Assembly (NCBI GenBank): GCA_040830765.1
Contig: JBFOMH010000005.1
Span: 160,001-224,000 of the forward strand
Direction: 5' to 3'
DNA: 64,000 bases
DNA from: Puniceicoccaceae bacterium
GTDB lineage: Bacteria > Verrucomicrobiota > Verrucomicrobiia > Opitutales > Oceanipulchritudinaceae
This document shows positions 37,603 to 47,330 of this stretch, one piece after another (the stretch's first letter is position 1; every line of letters starts with the position of its first letter). The notes under the pieces were generated by a model. The model saw nothing but the letters and a program-made list of their open reading frames with translations, searched no databases and was not told the origin of the DNA. The position numbers and the translations under genes were made by a program.

Positions 37603-39831
37603 ATGCCTTCCCCGCAATCCGGCCCCCGTTCCAGTCGTGTCGAGATGGTCAACGGCCGCCCGATGATCATCATCAACGGGGAACCGGTTTATCCGATGAT
37701 CCATTCCCTCACGGATGTCCCTTCCGGCCGTTGGTCGTGGGAGGAACTTCCCCAGCATAATATCCGCAACTTCGGCCAGGCCGGAATCCGGTTGTTCCAA
37801 CTCGACATTTCCCTCGAACATATCTGGACGGCGCCAGACAAGTGGGACCTGACCCCTGCCCGGAAGCAGGTTGCCGGCGTCCTCGAGGTTTGCCCGGAAG
37901 CATCCGTCATTTTCCGCTTTCATGTTCGGGCCCCACGGTGGTGGTTAAAAGCCCACCCGGAAGAATGGGTCGTCTACGCCGATACCGATTACAAGGAGGA
38001 ACAGGCATACCAACTCCTCCGCATCATCGAGCATGACAACAACCCCGTCCGCCGGGTCAGTATGGCCTCCCGCAAATGGCGCGAGGCCATCACCAAGAAG
38101 TTTCAGCAGTTCCTCAATGAATTTGCTGCAACTCTCGAGGGAGATGCCCTTGCCGGGATCCAAGTCGCCAATGGCGTCTATGGGGAATGGCACAACTGGG
38201 GCTTCTTTGACAACGAGCCGGATGTCAGTGAGCCGATGAATGTCGCCTTCCGGGAATGGCTAAGGGACAAGTACGGCAGCGATGCGGCACTGCAATCGGC
38301 ATGGAACGATCCTCAAGCCAGCTTTGATAAAGCCACCACACCCGACATGACCGAGCGTCAGACCGAAGGAATCCTGCGTGACCCGCAAAAGGAACGTCCA
38401 GTCATCGATTACTACGCGTGCATGCATCAGGTCGTGGCAGACAATATTATCCACTTTGCCGGCATCGTTAAGGCCCACTGGCCGCGTCCGATCATCACGG
38501 GCACCTTCTACGGCTACTACTTTTCCACCTTCGGCCGGCAGGCCGCCGGAGGCCACCTCCAGCTACAGCGCATCCTCAAGGCGGACTGCATCGATTACCT
38601 GTCCGGTCCACAGGCCTACGAACCGGAAGCCATCGAGCTCGGTGAAGTCTATCGTTCCCGCAGCCTGATTCTTTCCATGCGGCTGCACGGGAAGCTATGG
38701 CTGGATGAGATGGATGTGGAGCCGAAGATTCCCATCCTCAAGGACGAGGATTACGAGGAACGCGTACAGCAGAGCGTGGCCGACGTCCGTCGGAACACCG
38801 CTTTCACCTACACCAAGGGAATGGGCCTCTGGTACTACGACTTCAACATTTCCGGCGTCGATCTCGACGGCTATTGCCACTTCCTCTCCGGCAGCCAGGG
38901 CAACTGGGACCATCCCGTCGTCATGGACCAGATCCGTCAGATGCAGGAACTCTTTCAGGAACGAGCGCTTGCTGAACCCTATACCAGTGAGGCGGATGTA
39001 TTATTCGTCTTCGATACCGACAGCCTCTACTACTCGGCAAGCCTGGTCGGTGCGGATCCGGTTACTCCGACCTTGATCGACTACTGCACCCTCGCCGCCT
39101 TTCGCAGCGGGACTATCTTTGATCCCGTCCACCTGGATGATCTGCCCCTGGTCGACCTCGATCATTACAAGACCGTTGTATTTGGAAATACCTACGTCCT
39201 CACCAAAGAGGAGCGAGAGTTTATCCACGAGAAGGTCGCCAAGAACGGACGCCATTTAATTTGGTTTCACGCCCCGGGATATATTGATGAGACGAGCGGA
39301 TGTGCTGATACTGCATTCACGTCCTTCCTCACTGGCATGGATTTGAAGGTCTTAACGCCGGATCAAGTCCCGGTCATCCGCGGGCAGCTTGATGACAATG
39401 AACCGTTCGAGTACCGCCTTGGCGACAAACCCCTCCACCCCTTGCTGGCGGTCAATGATCCGGAGGCGGAATCCGTGGCCCGATTTGCCGCTACCGGGGA
39501 TTGCGCCATCGCCCGGAAACGCTTCCCCGACCATACCAGCTGGTTTGTCAGCCTCCCGGGCAGGGAAAGGGAGCCGCTATGTTCGATTCTCCGGGCCACC
39601 GGGGCACATGTCTATGGCCATTCGGACGCCTTCTTTTATGGCGGAGGCGGTATCCTTGTCCTCCATACCCTTACCGGCGGCAGTAAGACTGTGATATTAC
39701 GGAGCGGAAACTCCTTAAATCTGGACCTGCCCGATGGTCCCGCCACACTCCTCTTGGATGCTCGGTCGGGAGATGATTTAATGAACAATTGTTCACCTAA
39801 AATGGGTAATGTCCTTGAAATTTACCCATGA
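37603..39831 (+). CDS. Clan GH-A beta-galactosidase-like glycoside hydrolase (GH42-like architecture)
   Basis: HVRAPRWW, GVYGEWH, AFREWLRDKYGSDAALQSAWND and WLDEMD, plus a C-terminal trimerisation-like domain (DLDHYKTVVF). Confidence 0.7.
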   Translation: MPSPQSGPRSSRVEMVNGRPMIIINGEPVYPMIHSLTDVPSGRWSWEELPQHNIRNFGQAGIRLFQLDISLEHIWTAPDKWDLTPARKQVAGVLEVCPEASVIFRFHVRAPRWWLKAHPEEWVVYADTDYKEEQAYQLLRIIEHDNNPVRRVSMASRKWREAITKKFQQFLNEFAATLEGDALAGIQVANGVYGEWHNWGFFDNEPDVSEPMNVAFREWLRDKYGSDAALQSAWNDPQASFDKATTPDMTERQTEGILRDPQKERPVIDYYACMHQVVADNIIHFAGIVKAHWPRPIITGTFYGYYFSTFGRQAAGGHLQLQRILKADCIDYLSGPQAYEPEAIELGEVYRSRSLILSMRLHGKLWLDEMDVEPKIPILKDEDYEERVQQSVADVRRNTAFTYTKGMGLWYYDFNISGVDLDGYCHFLSGSQGNWDHPVVMDQIRQMQELFQERALAEPYTSEADVLFVFDTDSLYYSASLVGADPVTPTLIDYCTLAAFRSGTIFDPVHLDDLPLVDLDHYKTVVFGNTYVLTKEEREFIHEKVAKNGRHLIWFHAPGYIDETSGCADTAFTSFLTGMDLKVLTPDQVPVIRGQLDDNEPFEYRLGDKPLHPLLAVNDPEAESVARFAATGDCAIARKRFPDHTSWFVSLPGREREPLCSILRATGAHVYGHSDAFFYGGGGILVLHTLTGGSKTVILRSGNSLNLDLPDGPATLLLDARSGDDLMNNCSPKMGNVLEIYP

Positions 39832-40175
39832 AAGGCCCCAGGACGGCTGTTTTACAGGCGGTGCTTTACTGGAAAACACAATTCTGATGGCTCGAAAAAC
39901 CTCCTCTCGCGATACTCATGCCACTCCGTATTTTGATGACCAAAAACAAGCTATCTCTCCCTCAAAGCCTGCTCATCAGCCTGCAACCCTATCGCTCTTT
40001 TAAACCCGTGTTTCCATTCGGGAAAATATACAGCCAAACCCACACCAAACAAGCATTGGACAAGAATCCAGTTTTTTGCTAGATCATCCATCTAGTATTG
40101 AGCGTGCATACTCCTTTCAATACACACTGCATTACAAACAAACCTCGAACACATAATCCAAAAAATCGAATGATT

Positions 40176-43100
40176 ATGAAAAAACACTACAGACTACTAT
40201 GGCTTACGCTTCCTCTGGCGTGTATTCCGTTTACCGGTACATACGCCCAGGATGCCGAAGACGAAGACGTCTTCGATCTGTCCCCCTTCGTCGTCACAGG
40301 TGATGACGATATTGGTTATCAGGCCACCAGCACTCTTGCCGGTTCCCGCCTGAAGACATCCCTCCGCGACATCGGTACCTCCATTTCCATTGTGAATGAG
40401 GAACTGTTGCAGGATACGGGCTCCACAGACCTTGAGGATGTTCTCGTCCTGACCCCTAACTCCGAAGTCGCTGGATTGGGCGGTAACTTTTCCGCTACCC
40501 AGTATGCCGGCCAAGGGAACATCATCCCTGAAGGCAGTCGTGACAATCCGTCTGGCGGATTCACACGTGTCCGTGGTCTGGCAGCAGCTGACCTGACGAG
40601 AAACCTCTTCCAGACCGACGTTCCGTTTGATACCTTCAACACGGATCGTATCGACGTCCAGCGCGGACCCAACTCCGCTCTGTTCGGTCTCGGGAATCCG
40701 GGTGGTATCGTCAATGCGACGACGGTCCGGGCAAACTTCCTCAAGAATGCCGGACGCTTCCGGCTGGAAGCCGATCAGCATGGCACCATGCGGGGATCCT
40801 TCCGCTACAATCTGGTTCCGATTGAGGACCGCTTGGCTGTCTTTGTAGCTGGCCTGCATGAATCGACCGAGTACGAGCAAAAGCAGGCCTACTCGGATGA
40901 TGAACGCATCTATCTCTCCGGTGTCTTGAAGATCACCGACGATATTCGTGTTCACGCCAGTGTTGAATCCGGTAAGATCCGGTCCACCAAGCCCGACTTC
41001 ATCCCGCCGAATGATGGTATTACGCCATGGTTGCTGGCTGGCAAACCAACGGTTGCCAACCCGGTAGACGGGGCGGCGTTGTTCCGTGGTACGGGAGACT
41101 TTTTCCCGCCCTCTGCCAACAACTCCACCAACAGCCGTCTGCTTGGCCTGAATAGCACCTCAAGTGGTTTGATTTATTTCTACCACGACACCAACAACCC
41201 GGATCCAACATTTGTTGGAACAGGCTTTGTCCGCAGAGGTCGAGGCACCCCGGGTGACGTGGAGTTCATGCTGCCGCGGGTCCGTCCGATGATCCGGACG
41301 ATGAAGCTGACCGGTGGTTACTTCCCCGGCGATACCAGCCAGTCGGTCCCCTTGAACGAGGTCGGATTCTGGAGCCGTGGCTTTGTTGACTACCAGATCC
41401 TCGACCGGAGCATCTTCGACTACCGGAAGAACCTCTTCTCCTCAGCCAGTTCGCAGGGAGTCGACTTCACGGCCATAGAAGGTTCAATTGAAGGCAACTG
41501 GTTGGACAACCGGCTTGGTATTGAACTCGCCGCTTATGACCAGGACTTCTCCTCATGGGGCAACAATATGCTTCAGGGCATCGAAGAACGGACGATCTTC
41601 ATCGATATGAACCAGTCCCTGATGGCACAGGATGCCAGCGGAAACTGGCTCCCCAATCCAAACTTCGGACAGCCCACAATGGGTGGTCGCTACGGTGGTA
41701 ATGACTTGTACACCAACCGCCAAACCCTCCGGGCAACTGCCTATGCTGAGATTGCCGCCGAAGACTTCATGAAGGAAGACAGCTGGCTCACGCGTCTTCT
41801 CGGCCGCTTCCGGGGAACCGCAAATTACACGGACCGGGAAATCGAATCCGGCCAGGCCTATGATGGTGAAAACGGGGTTAATCCGGAACATGTCGCAGCT
41901 GCCCTGGGCAACGGTGACGTAACCGTCTGGAACCACCGGGCCGACTTCCGCAAGGGCATGAGCTTCGCCCTCCCGCACGTGGGAACCGGTAGCTATGACC
42001 TTCTCGGAGCGACCTCCCTCAGCGACCTGTCGGGTATCAATATCAAAGCGCCGACCTTTGGCAGGCAGCGCGACAGGCCAGTCTCCCCGACCAACGCGGT
42101 TGGCTGGAACTGGCAAAACGCTCGCTTCCAAAGCTTTGAGACCGAAGTCTACCGACTCCGCGAAAATGACAACTACTGGACGACTTTCTTCACGGACAAG
42201 TCCAAGACCGAGATTGAATCCAAGATCCTTCTCGGCCAGTGGTGGATCTGGGACGACACGATTGTCCTCCTTGGTAGCTGGCGTAATGACCAGTCCAAGA
42301 GGGGCTCAGTCAGTGCTCCGAATATCCGTGCTCTGAATGCAGCCGGAGAAGAAAGGGCCTTGAACCGTCCCCGGAATACCCGGGATCCCGCATTTGTTGC
42401 CGGACCAAAGGACCTGCAGACAAACGCCGACGCCGACTCCAAGGCCTGGAGCATTGTCATCCACACACCGGAGTTCATTCGTAAAATGCTGCCGGCAGGA
42501 ACAGACTTCTCCATCTACCGGAGCAAGTCGGACAACTTCCAGCCGTCCTCCAGCAACGTCAATATCTTCAATGAGCCAACCCCTGCTGAAGGTGGTGAAA
42601 CTGTTGAAGAAGGTTTCATTCTGACAACGCTGGACGGCAAACTGAATGCCCGTGTGAACTGGTTTGAAACCAGCGCCGTCAATGACCGTGTCGAAAACAG
42701 CTCGGTCAACTCCTATGCCGGTATTCTCGTCGACTTGGTCGAAGGGACAGTCAACCCGGACAACATTGCCAACGGATGGACCGTTGCTGATGCACAGGCC
42801 GTCTTGCCGCCGCAAGGGGTACAGGACGTCAGTGGTTTCCAGCCGGACTGGGCCAATGGCACCGCAGTGGAAGCCCGTTCTTCCAATGACACCGCGACTC
42901 AGGACTACACCGCGGAAGGTGTGGAAATCGAAATTTCCTACAATCCGACCCCGCAGTGGACGCTGCTCCTGACCCTCGCCCAACAGGAAACGGTGACCTC
43001 CAATGTCTATCCGACGGTCAACCAGTTCGTGGACGACTTCGTCGAGCCGGTCTGGGTGAACTCGCCCTTCGCCCAGAGCTTCATCATTAATCCGGATACC

Positions 43101-43580
43101 AATGAAACGCTCGCCGAGCGTGCCCAGCGTTCCATCGTTGATCCGGCACGGCAGGCGGCATCTCTCGCAGGTATCCCGTCCTATGAACAGCGCGAATGGC
43201 GGATTAACTTCAACACCAGTTACAACTTCGGTCGCAACCACGACCTGATCCCGGACTGGCTTGGAGATTTCACCATTGGTGCCGGTATCCGCTACCAGGA
43301 CAAGATGGGAATCGGCTTCGGTCTCTACACGGATGAGTTTGGCGACATCGCCTTCAATCCGAATGATGCCTTCTACGCACCGAGCCAGACCTTCGTCGAC
43401 CTGTTCTTCCGCTCCGAGTACCGTCTCAGCGACCGGTCCGACCTGATCCTGCAGCTCAACATCAAGGACCTCACGGACCATGATGGCTTGTATCCGTTCT
43501 ACGCACAGCCGGACGGAAGCAAACTGTATCGGATCCTCGAAGGCCGCCTGGTCACCTTGTCTGGAACGATTACCTTCTAA
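40176..43580 (+). CDS. TonB-dependent receptor (Opitutales type)
   Basis: Signal peptide, DLSPFVV...GYQATSTLAGSRL plug, RIDVQRGPNSALFGLGNPGGIVN and terminal Phe. Confidence 0.93.
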   Translation: MKKHYRLLWLTLPLACIPFTGTYAQDAEDEDVFDLSPFVVTGDDDIGYQATSTLAGSRLKTSLRDIGTSISIVNEELLQDTGSTDLEDVLVLTPNSEVAGLGGNFSATQYAGQGNIIPEGSRDNPSGGFTRVRGLAAADLTRNLFQTDVPFDTFNTDRIDVQRGPNSALFGLGNPGGIVNATTVRANFLKNAGRFRLEADQHGTMRGSFRYNLVPIEDRLAVFVAGLHESTEYEQKQAYSDDERIYLSGVLKITDDIRVHASVESGKIRSTKPDFIPPNDGITPWLLAGKPTVANPVDGAALFRGTGDFFPPSANNSTNSRLLGLNSTSSGLIYFYHDTNNPDPTFVGTGFVRRGRGTPGDVEFMLPRVRPMIRTMKLTGGYFPGDTSQSVPLNEVGFWSRGFVDYQILDRSIFDYRKNLFSSASSQGVDFTAIEGSIEGNWLDNRLGIELAAYDQDFSSWGNNMLQGIEERTIFIDMNQSLMAQDASGNWLPNPNFGQPTMGGRYGGNDLYTNRQTLRATAYAEIAAEDFMKEDSWLTRLLGRFRGTANYTDREIESGQAYDGENGVNPEHVAAALGNGDVTVWNHRADFRKGMSFALPHVGTGSYDLLGATSLSDLSGINIKAPTFGRQRDRPVSPTNAVGWNWQNARFQSFETEVYRLRENDNYWTTFFTDKSKTEIESKILLGQWWIWDDTIVLLGSWRNDQSKRGSVSAPNIRALNAAGEERALNRPRNTRDPAFVAGPKDLQTNADADSKAWSIVIHTPEFIRKMLPAGTDFSIYRSKSDNFQPSSSNVNIFNEPTPAEGGETVEEGFILTTLDGKLNARVNWFETSAVNDRVENSSVNSYAGILVDLVEGTVNPDNIANGWTVADAQAVLPPQGVQDVSGFQPDWANGTAVEARSSNDTATQDYTAEGVEIEISYNPTPQWTLLLTLAQQETVTSNVYPTVNQFVDDFVEPVWVNSPFAQSFIINPDTNETLAERAQRSIVDPARQAASLAGIPSYEQREWRINFNTSYNFGRNHDLIPDWLGDFTIGAGIRYQDKMGIGFGLYTDEFGDIAFNPNDAFYAPSQTFVDLFFRSEYRLSDRSDLILQLNIKDLTDHDGLYPFYAQPDGSKLYRILEGRLVTLSGTITF

Positions 43581-43613
43581 TTCATTAGGAACGTAATCCG
43601 GTTCTGAATTTCA

Positions 43614-43648
43614 GTCCCGGTGCACGCAAGTGCACCGGGGCTTTTTTT
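43614..43648 (+). terminator. Rho-independent terminator after the TonB receptor
   Basis: CCCGGTGCAC-GCAA-GTGCACCGGG stem-loop followed by T7. Confidence 0.9.
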
Positions 43649-43660
43649 AATTCTGCTGAT

Positions 43661-43864
43661 GGAGGGCCCTCGGGCCACGTTTGTACAAAGCCCGCCAGAG
43701 GCGGGCCCTCCTCCTGGATAATCTCCGGAACAATGTTATACGGAGAGCCCGCGTCCCGCGGGCTATTATATTAGGGAGGCCATCATTATACGGAGGGCCC
43801 GCGTCCCGCGGGCCATAATAATATGGAGGCCACCATTGCACGGAGGGCCCGCGTCCCGCGGGCC
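43661..43864. repeat. Cluster of GGAG-type REP-like palindromes (BIME-like), including three copies at 50-bp period
   Basis: CGGAG(A/G)GCCCGCG-TCC-CGCGGGC(T/C) at 43741, 43791 and 43841, an inverted variant at 43688-43711 and a partial copy at 43661. Confidence 0.85.
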
Positions 43865-43904
43865 ATTTCCTTTCCCCTTGACGCTCCTCCCCCGTCTCAC
43901 TCTA

Positions 43905-43939
43905 TTGTAAATTAGTGGATGTCTACTATAATACATCCA
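43905..43939 (+). promoter_or_regulatory. Candidate sigma70 promoter of the LacI gene with overlapping inverted repeat
   Basis: TTGTAA (43905)-N16-TATAAT (43927). TGGATGT-N10-ACATCCA brackets the -10 box. Confidence 0.5.
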
Positions 43940-43952
43940 ACCCTACTCTGCC

Positions 43953-44996
43953 ATGACCCCTAAACGACCCTCATGCAAGACCATCGCTGAAGAAGCCGGT
44001 GTCAGCCGGATGACGGTATCCATGGCCTTGCGCAACCACCCGCGGGTGGCCCCGGAGACCCGGGAACGAATCAAGGAAATCGCCATTCGCCAGGGTTATA
44101 CCCCGGATCCCAACCTGACCCAGCTGATGCGTTACCTGCGCAAGCGGGACATCAGCAAGGAAGAACCCGTCATTGCCTTGTTAAACGGCAACCGCACGCC
44201 ACTGAAGAAGGCCAGTCCGGTGGCCCAGCTTATCCGCAAGGGAGCCGTTGAGCGGGCGGAGTCCCTTGGTTTCAAGACGGAGGACTTCTGGCTCCATGAG
44301 CCCAACATGCGCATCGAGCGGTTGATTCAAATCCTTGAGACCCGCGGCATTCGTGGTGTGGTGGTATTGCCAGTGGAATCGCTGGAGGATGTCTTTTCCC
44401 TGCCGCATGATGAATTTACCGGAGTGGCCACCTGCTCGGTAGCGGCCAAACTGGGCTTCAACCAGGTCCATCCGCACTTTTATCAGGCCATGCATGTTGG
44501 CATCTCCAGCCTTGCGGAAATGGGGTTCAAGCGGATCGGATTCTGCGCTACAAAGGCCGAGGATGAGCAATCGAACCACCTCTACCACTGTTACCTGACC
44601 TGGTACCAGCAGCAGATTGCCAAGAAGGATCAAATCCCGCCTCTGCTCGCAGAAAGCATCTCCAAGGAGGACCTCCTGAAGTGGGTCAAGAAGCACAAGC
44701 CGGACGTTGTCTACAGCTTGAATATGCAGCACTACGAATGGCTCAAGGAATCGGGTTTATCGATCCCGGGGGACATCAGCTTTGCCGCGCTCGGGCCAGC
44801 CTGCGACAAATGTGGCGACATCGCCCGCGTGAATGTCGACTACAAGAAGATCGGGGCCACTGCCATTGACATCCTCAAGGCAAAACTGGCCAACGAGAGC
44901 CTTGGGCCCGTCGAGAATCCAGCCGTTACTTTGATTCGTGGCGAATGGGTCGCTGGCGCGACCGCCGAGATTCCGGAACCGGTTCTGGCCAAGTGA
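43953..44996 (+). CDS. LacI-family transcriptional regulator
   Basis: IAEEAGVSRMTVSMALRNHPRVAPETRERI HTH, GYTPDP hinge and periplasmic-binding-like effector domain. Confidence 0.93.
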   Translation: MTPKRPSCKTIAEEAGVSRMTVSMALRNHPRVAPETRERIKEIAIRQGYTPDPNLTQLMRYLRKRDISKEEPVIALLNGNRTPLKKASPVAQLIRKGAVERAESLGFKTEDFWLHEPNMRIERLIQILETRGIRGVVVLPVESLEDVFSLPHDEFTGVATCSVAAKLGFNQVHPHFYQAMHVGISSLAEMGFKRIGFCATKAEDEQSNHLYHCYLTWYQQQIAKKDQIPPLLAESISKEDLLKWVKKHKPDVVYSLNMQHYEWLKESGLSIPGDISFAALGPACDKCGDIARVNVDYKKIGATAIDILKAKLANESLGPVENPAVTLIRGEWVAGATAEIPEPVLAK

Positions 44997-47105
44997 TTAG
45001 CGGCCGATATTGACCATCCCCCAGAGCAGGAGGATGACCAGGCCGACAATAACCCAACTGCCCCCAAATCCGAGGATATCCATCTTATCCGGCTTGGCGA
45101 TTTCCCATTGCGAATTGGGGAACATCTTCCGCTTAGCCAGCTCCTGCGGATTATCGGTGGCCCACTGAATGGCCTCCTCGTCCTTCTCGGGAGTCTCCTG
45201 GATGGGAGTGTAGATTTTCCCGAAGAAGTAATCGAGGTGTTTCCTCTCAGCCGGTCGGGTCAGCCAGGAGACCAGGAACAACAGGACGAATGGGAAAAAG
45301 GCGCTGAAGAAGAATCGCGTCGCCACCAATTGGGACTTCTTGAATCCGGTAAAGTCAACGCCAACCAGGCTCAGGACCCAGATTTCCGCCTCAAAGCGGC
45401 CAATCCCGATGAGCGGTGATTCCGGATTTTCGGGATCGATCCGGGCCACTTTTTCAAAGAAAATGCCCTTTGGTTCCACCCGTACTTCCTTGGTGATGGT
45501 ATCGCCGACCCTTTCCGCGCGCCCGAGGGCGACGTCGTCATTATTGGCCGGTGCCTTGTAGCTATGGGTGTAGGGGTCCGTCTGGACAAGGAAGGCCTCA
45601 TTGGTCCGGGCCCACTCCAGTCCCTGGAAGAGATTCGGGAGGATGGCGAAGATGGTGAAGCAGATAACCACCTCGACCACAACCGCAGTGCGGGTAAGGC
45701 GCCGCCAGGTATAGCCGAGCCAGATGGGCGCACCGAAGATCGCCGGAATGGTAATGAAGTACTTGAAGAGCTCGAGCAGGTTGTCGATGTAGACGGCCGC
45801 ACCGATGCCACCAAGAAGGGTCACCGCAATCGTCAAGCGCCCGACCCAGAGGTAATGGTCTTCACTCTTGTCGGGCAGTAACGGCTGGTAAATATTTCTG
45901 ATAAAAAGGGCTGAATTGGAGACTGAACCGGCATCCAAGGTGGACATGTTGGCCGCCAAAATACCCACCAGCATCAGGCCAAGGGCACCGGGAAGCAGCA
46001 GATCCCGGCTCATGACACCCCAGGCAAGGTCTGGGTCGTGTAACTTGCCCGCATAGAGGCCAAGCGCAATCAAGCCGGCCAGGACCCAGAAGAGCATCAG
46101 GAAACGCTTGAAAAACATACCCCCGATCATGCCGAAACGGGCCACTTGCTCATTGGTGGCCGAACCGGCCGTCTGCATCCCGGCCGCTACGGCGACAATG
46201 GCCACCAGGTTGGAAAAGAACATCGCCATGATGGTATACCAGGCGTACTCACTCAGGGATACCGACCCAAAGAGTTCAAAATTAAACTCCGGGACGGCCG
46301 CATGGAGTCCCGCGAAGCCCCCCAACTTGGCCAAGCCAAGCGGTATGAGTATGACGGAAAATATTATAATGAGGACCCCTTGGATGGCGTCTGTTATGGC
46401 CGCAGCCCGGAAGCCCCCCATGATCGTGTAGGCCGCCACCACGATTCCGTAGATGAAGTAAAAAACAATGGGATTGGTGTGGGAATAGAACGATTTCAGT
46501 TCCCCATGGGCATTTTTCTGTAACAGCACCTCATAACGGGCATTCTGTTCATCCGTACGCTCCGTAAAGGTCAGTTTGGCCAACTGCTGATATTCCTCGA
46601 ATTCCTGCACGCTGACCTGTTGTTCCATGGTCAGGGCATCGAAATCCTTGGGCGTCAGGGCCATCATCGTCTTGGCCGCCACCATGTAGCCGACTCCTCC
46701 CCCGATGAAGGCCATGATCAGGGTAAACGCTGCATAGCTACCTCCAAGGAACGGGCTCTGGAACCGCTCGGTGTAGTAATCCCCGATTGTCGTCAACCGG
46801 GACCGGCGGAAGAACAGTGCAGTGAACCAGTAAAACGGGGTGATGAAGAGGACCAGGAACTGGATCCACATGCCTCCCACGCCCTGGCGGTAGGTTTCGC
46901 GGGTTACCGCAACCGCCTGGTCAGCATTGGTGGAGGCACCGAAATTGAGGAAGAACTGGTAGAACTTGCCCAACGAGCGCCCGGCGAGGAAGTAATCCTC
47001 GGTATCGTTGTTCTGTTCACCTGCCTTCTTGCCGAGCCAGAGAATGACGCCGAGGTAAAGCAGGAGAACGATGAGGTCGAGAAAGTGGAGTCCTATGAAT
47101 GTCAC
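44997..47105 (-). CDS. Sodium:solute symporter (SSS family)
   Basis: DYFLAGRSL, YTIMGGFRAAAITD and ILAANMSTLD motifs; many hydrophobic helices. Confidence 0.92.
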   Translation of the reverse strand: MTFIGLHFLDLIVLLLYLGVILWLGKKAGEQNNDTEDYFLAGRSLGKFYQFFLNFGASTNADQAVAVTRETYRQGVGGMWIQFLVLFITPFYWFTALFFRRSRLTTIGDYYTERFQSPFLGGSYAAFTLIMAFIGGGVGYMVAAKTMMALTPKDFDALTMEQQVSVQEFEEYQQLAKLTFTERTDEQNARYEVLLQKNAHGELKSFYSHTNPIVFYFIYGIVVAAYTIMGGFRAAAITDAIQGVLIIIFSVILIPLGLAKLGGFAGLHAAVPEFNFELFGSVSLSEYAWYTIMAMFFSNLVAIVAVAAGMQTAGSATNEQVARFGMIGGMFFKRFLMLFWVLAGLIALGLYAGKLHDPDLAWGVMSRDLLLPGALGLMLVGILAANMSTLDAGSVSNSALFIRNIYQPLLPDKSEDHYLWVGRLTIAVTLLGGIGAAVYIDNLLELFKYFITIPAIFGAPIWLGYTWRRLTRTAVVVEVVICFTIFAILPNLFQGLEWARTNEAFLVQTDPYTHSYKAPANNDDVALGRAERVGDTITKEVRVEPKGIFFEKVARIDPENPESPLIGIGRFEAEIWVLSLVGVDFTGFKKSQLVATRFFFSAFFPFVLLFLVSWLTRPAERKHLDYFFGKIYTPIQETPEKDEEAIQWATDNPQELAKRKMFPNSQWEIAKPDKMDILGFGGSWVIVGLVILLLWGMVNIGR

Positions 47106-47137
47106 GGGTAGTTGTGGGGAATAGGTGGAAACAGAAT

Positions 47138-47194
47138 GTAGCGAGCGGGTTTATCCCGCGAGGATTAAAATCGCGGGATAAACCCGCTCGCTAC
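47138..47194. repeat. GTAG-type REP doublet (perfect 24-bp inverted repeat)
   Basis: GTAGCGAGCGGGTTTATCCCGCGA-GGATTAAAA-TCGCGGGATAAACCCGCTCGCTAC. Confidence 0.92.
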
Positions 47195-47330
47195 GTCGAA
47201 TGGATGATAATAAATTTGCAGCATCGGTCTGGACGGACAATCCGCCATCCCGATATACCGTAAAATCTCAACCGGATTTGCAGTTATCGTCAGCAAAGCC
47301 AGTAATGAAGCCCAACAGATTGCCAATCAC

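Noticed and set aside
43741..43864. 24-bp palindromic repeats with 26-bp spacers resembling CRISPR
   Set aside because: The two spacers are near-copies of each other, so this is a tandem REP/BIME-like unit.
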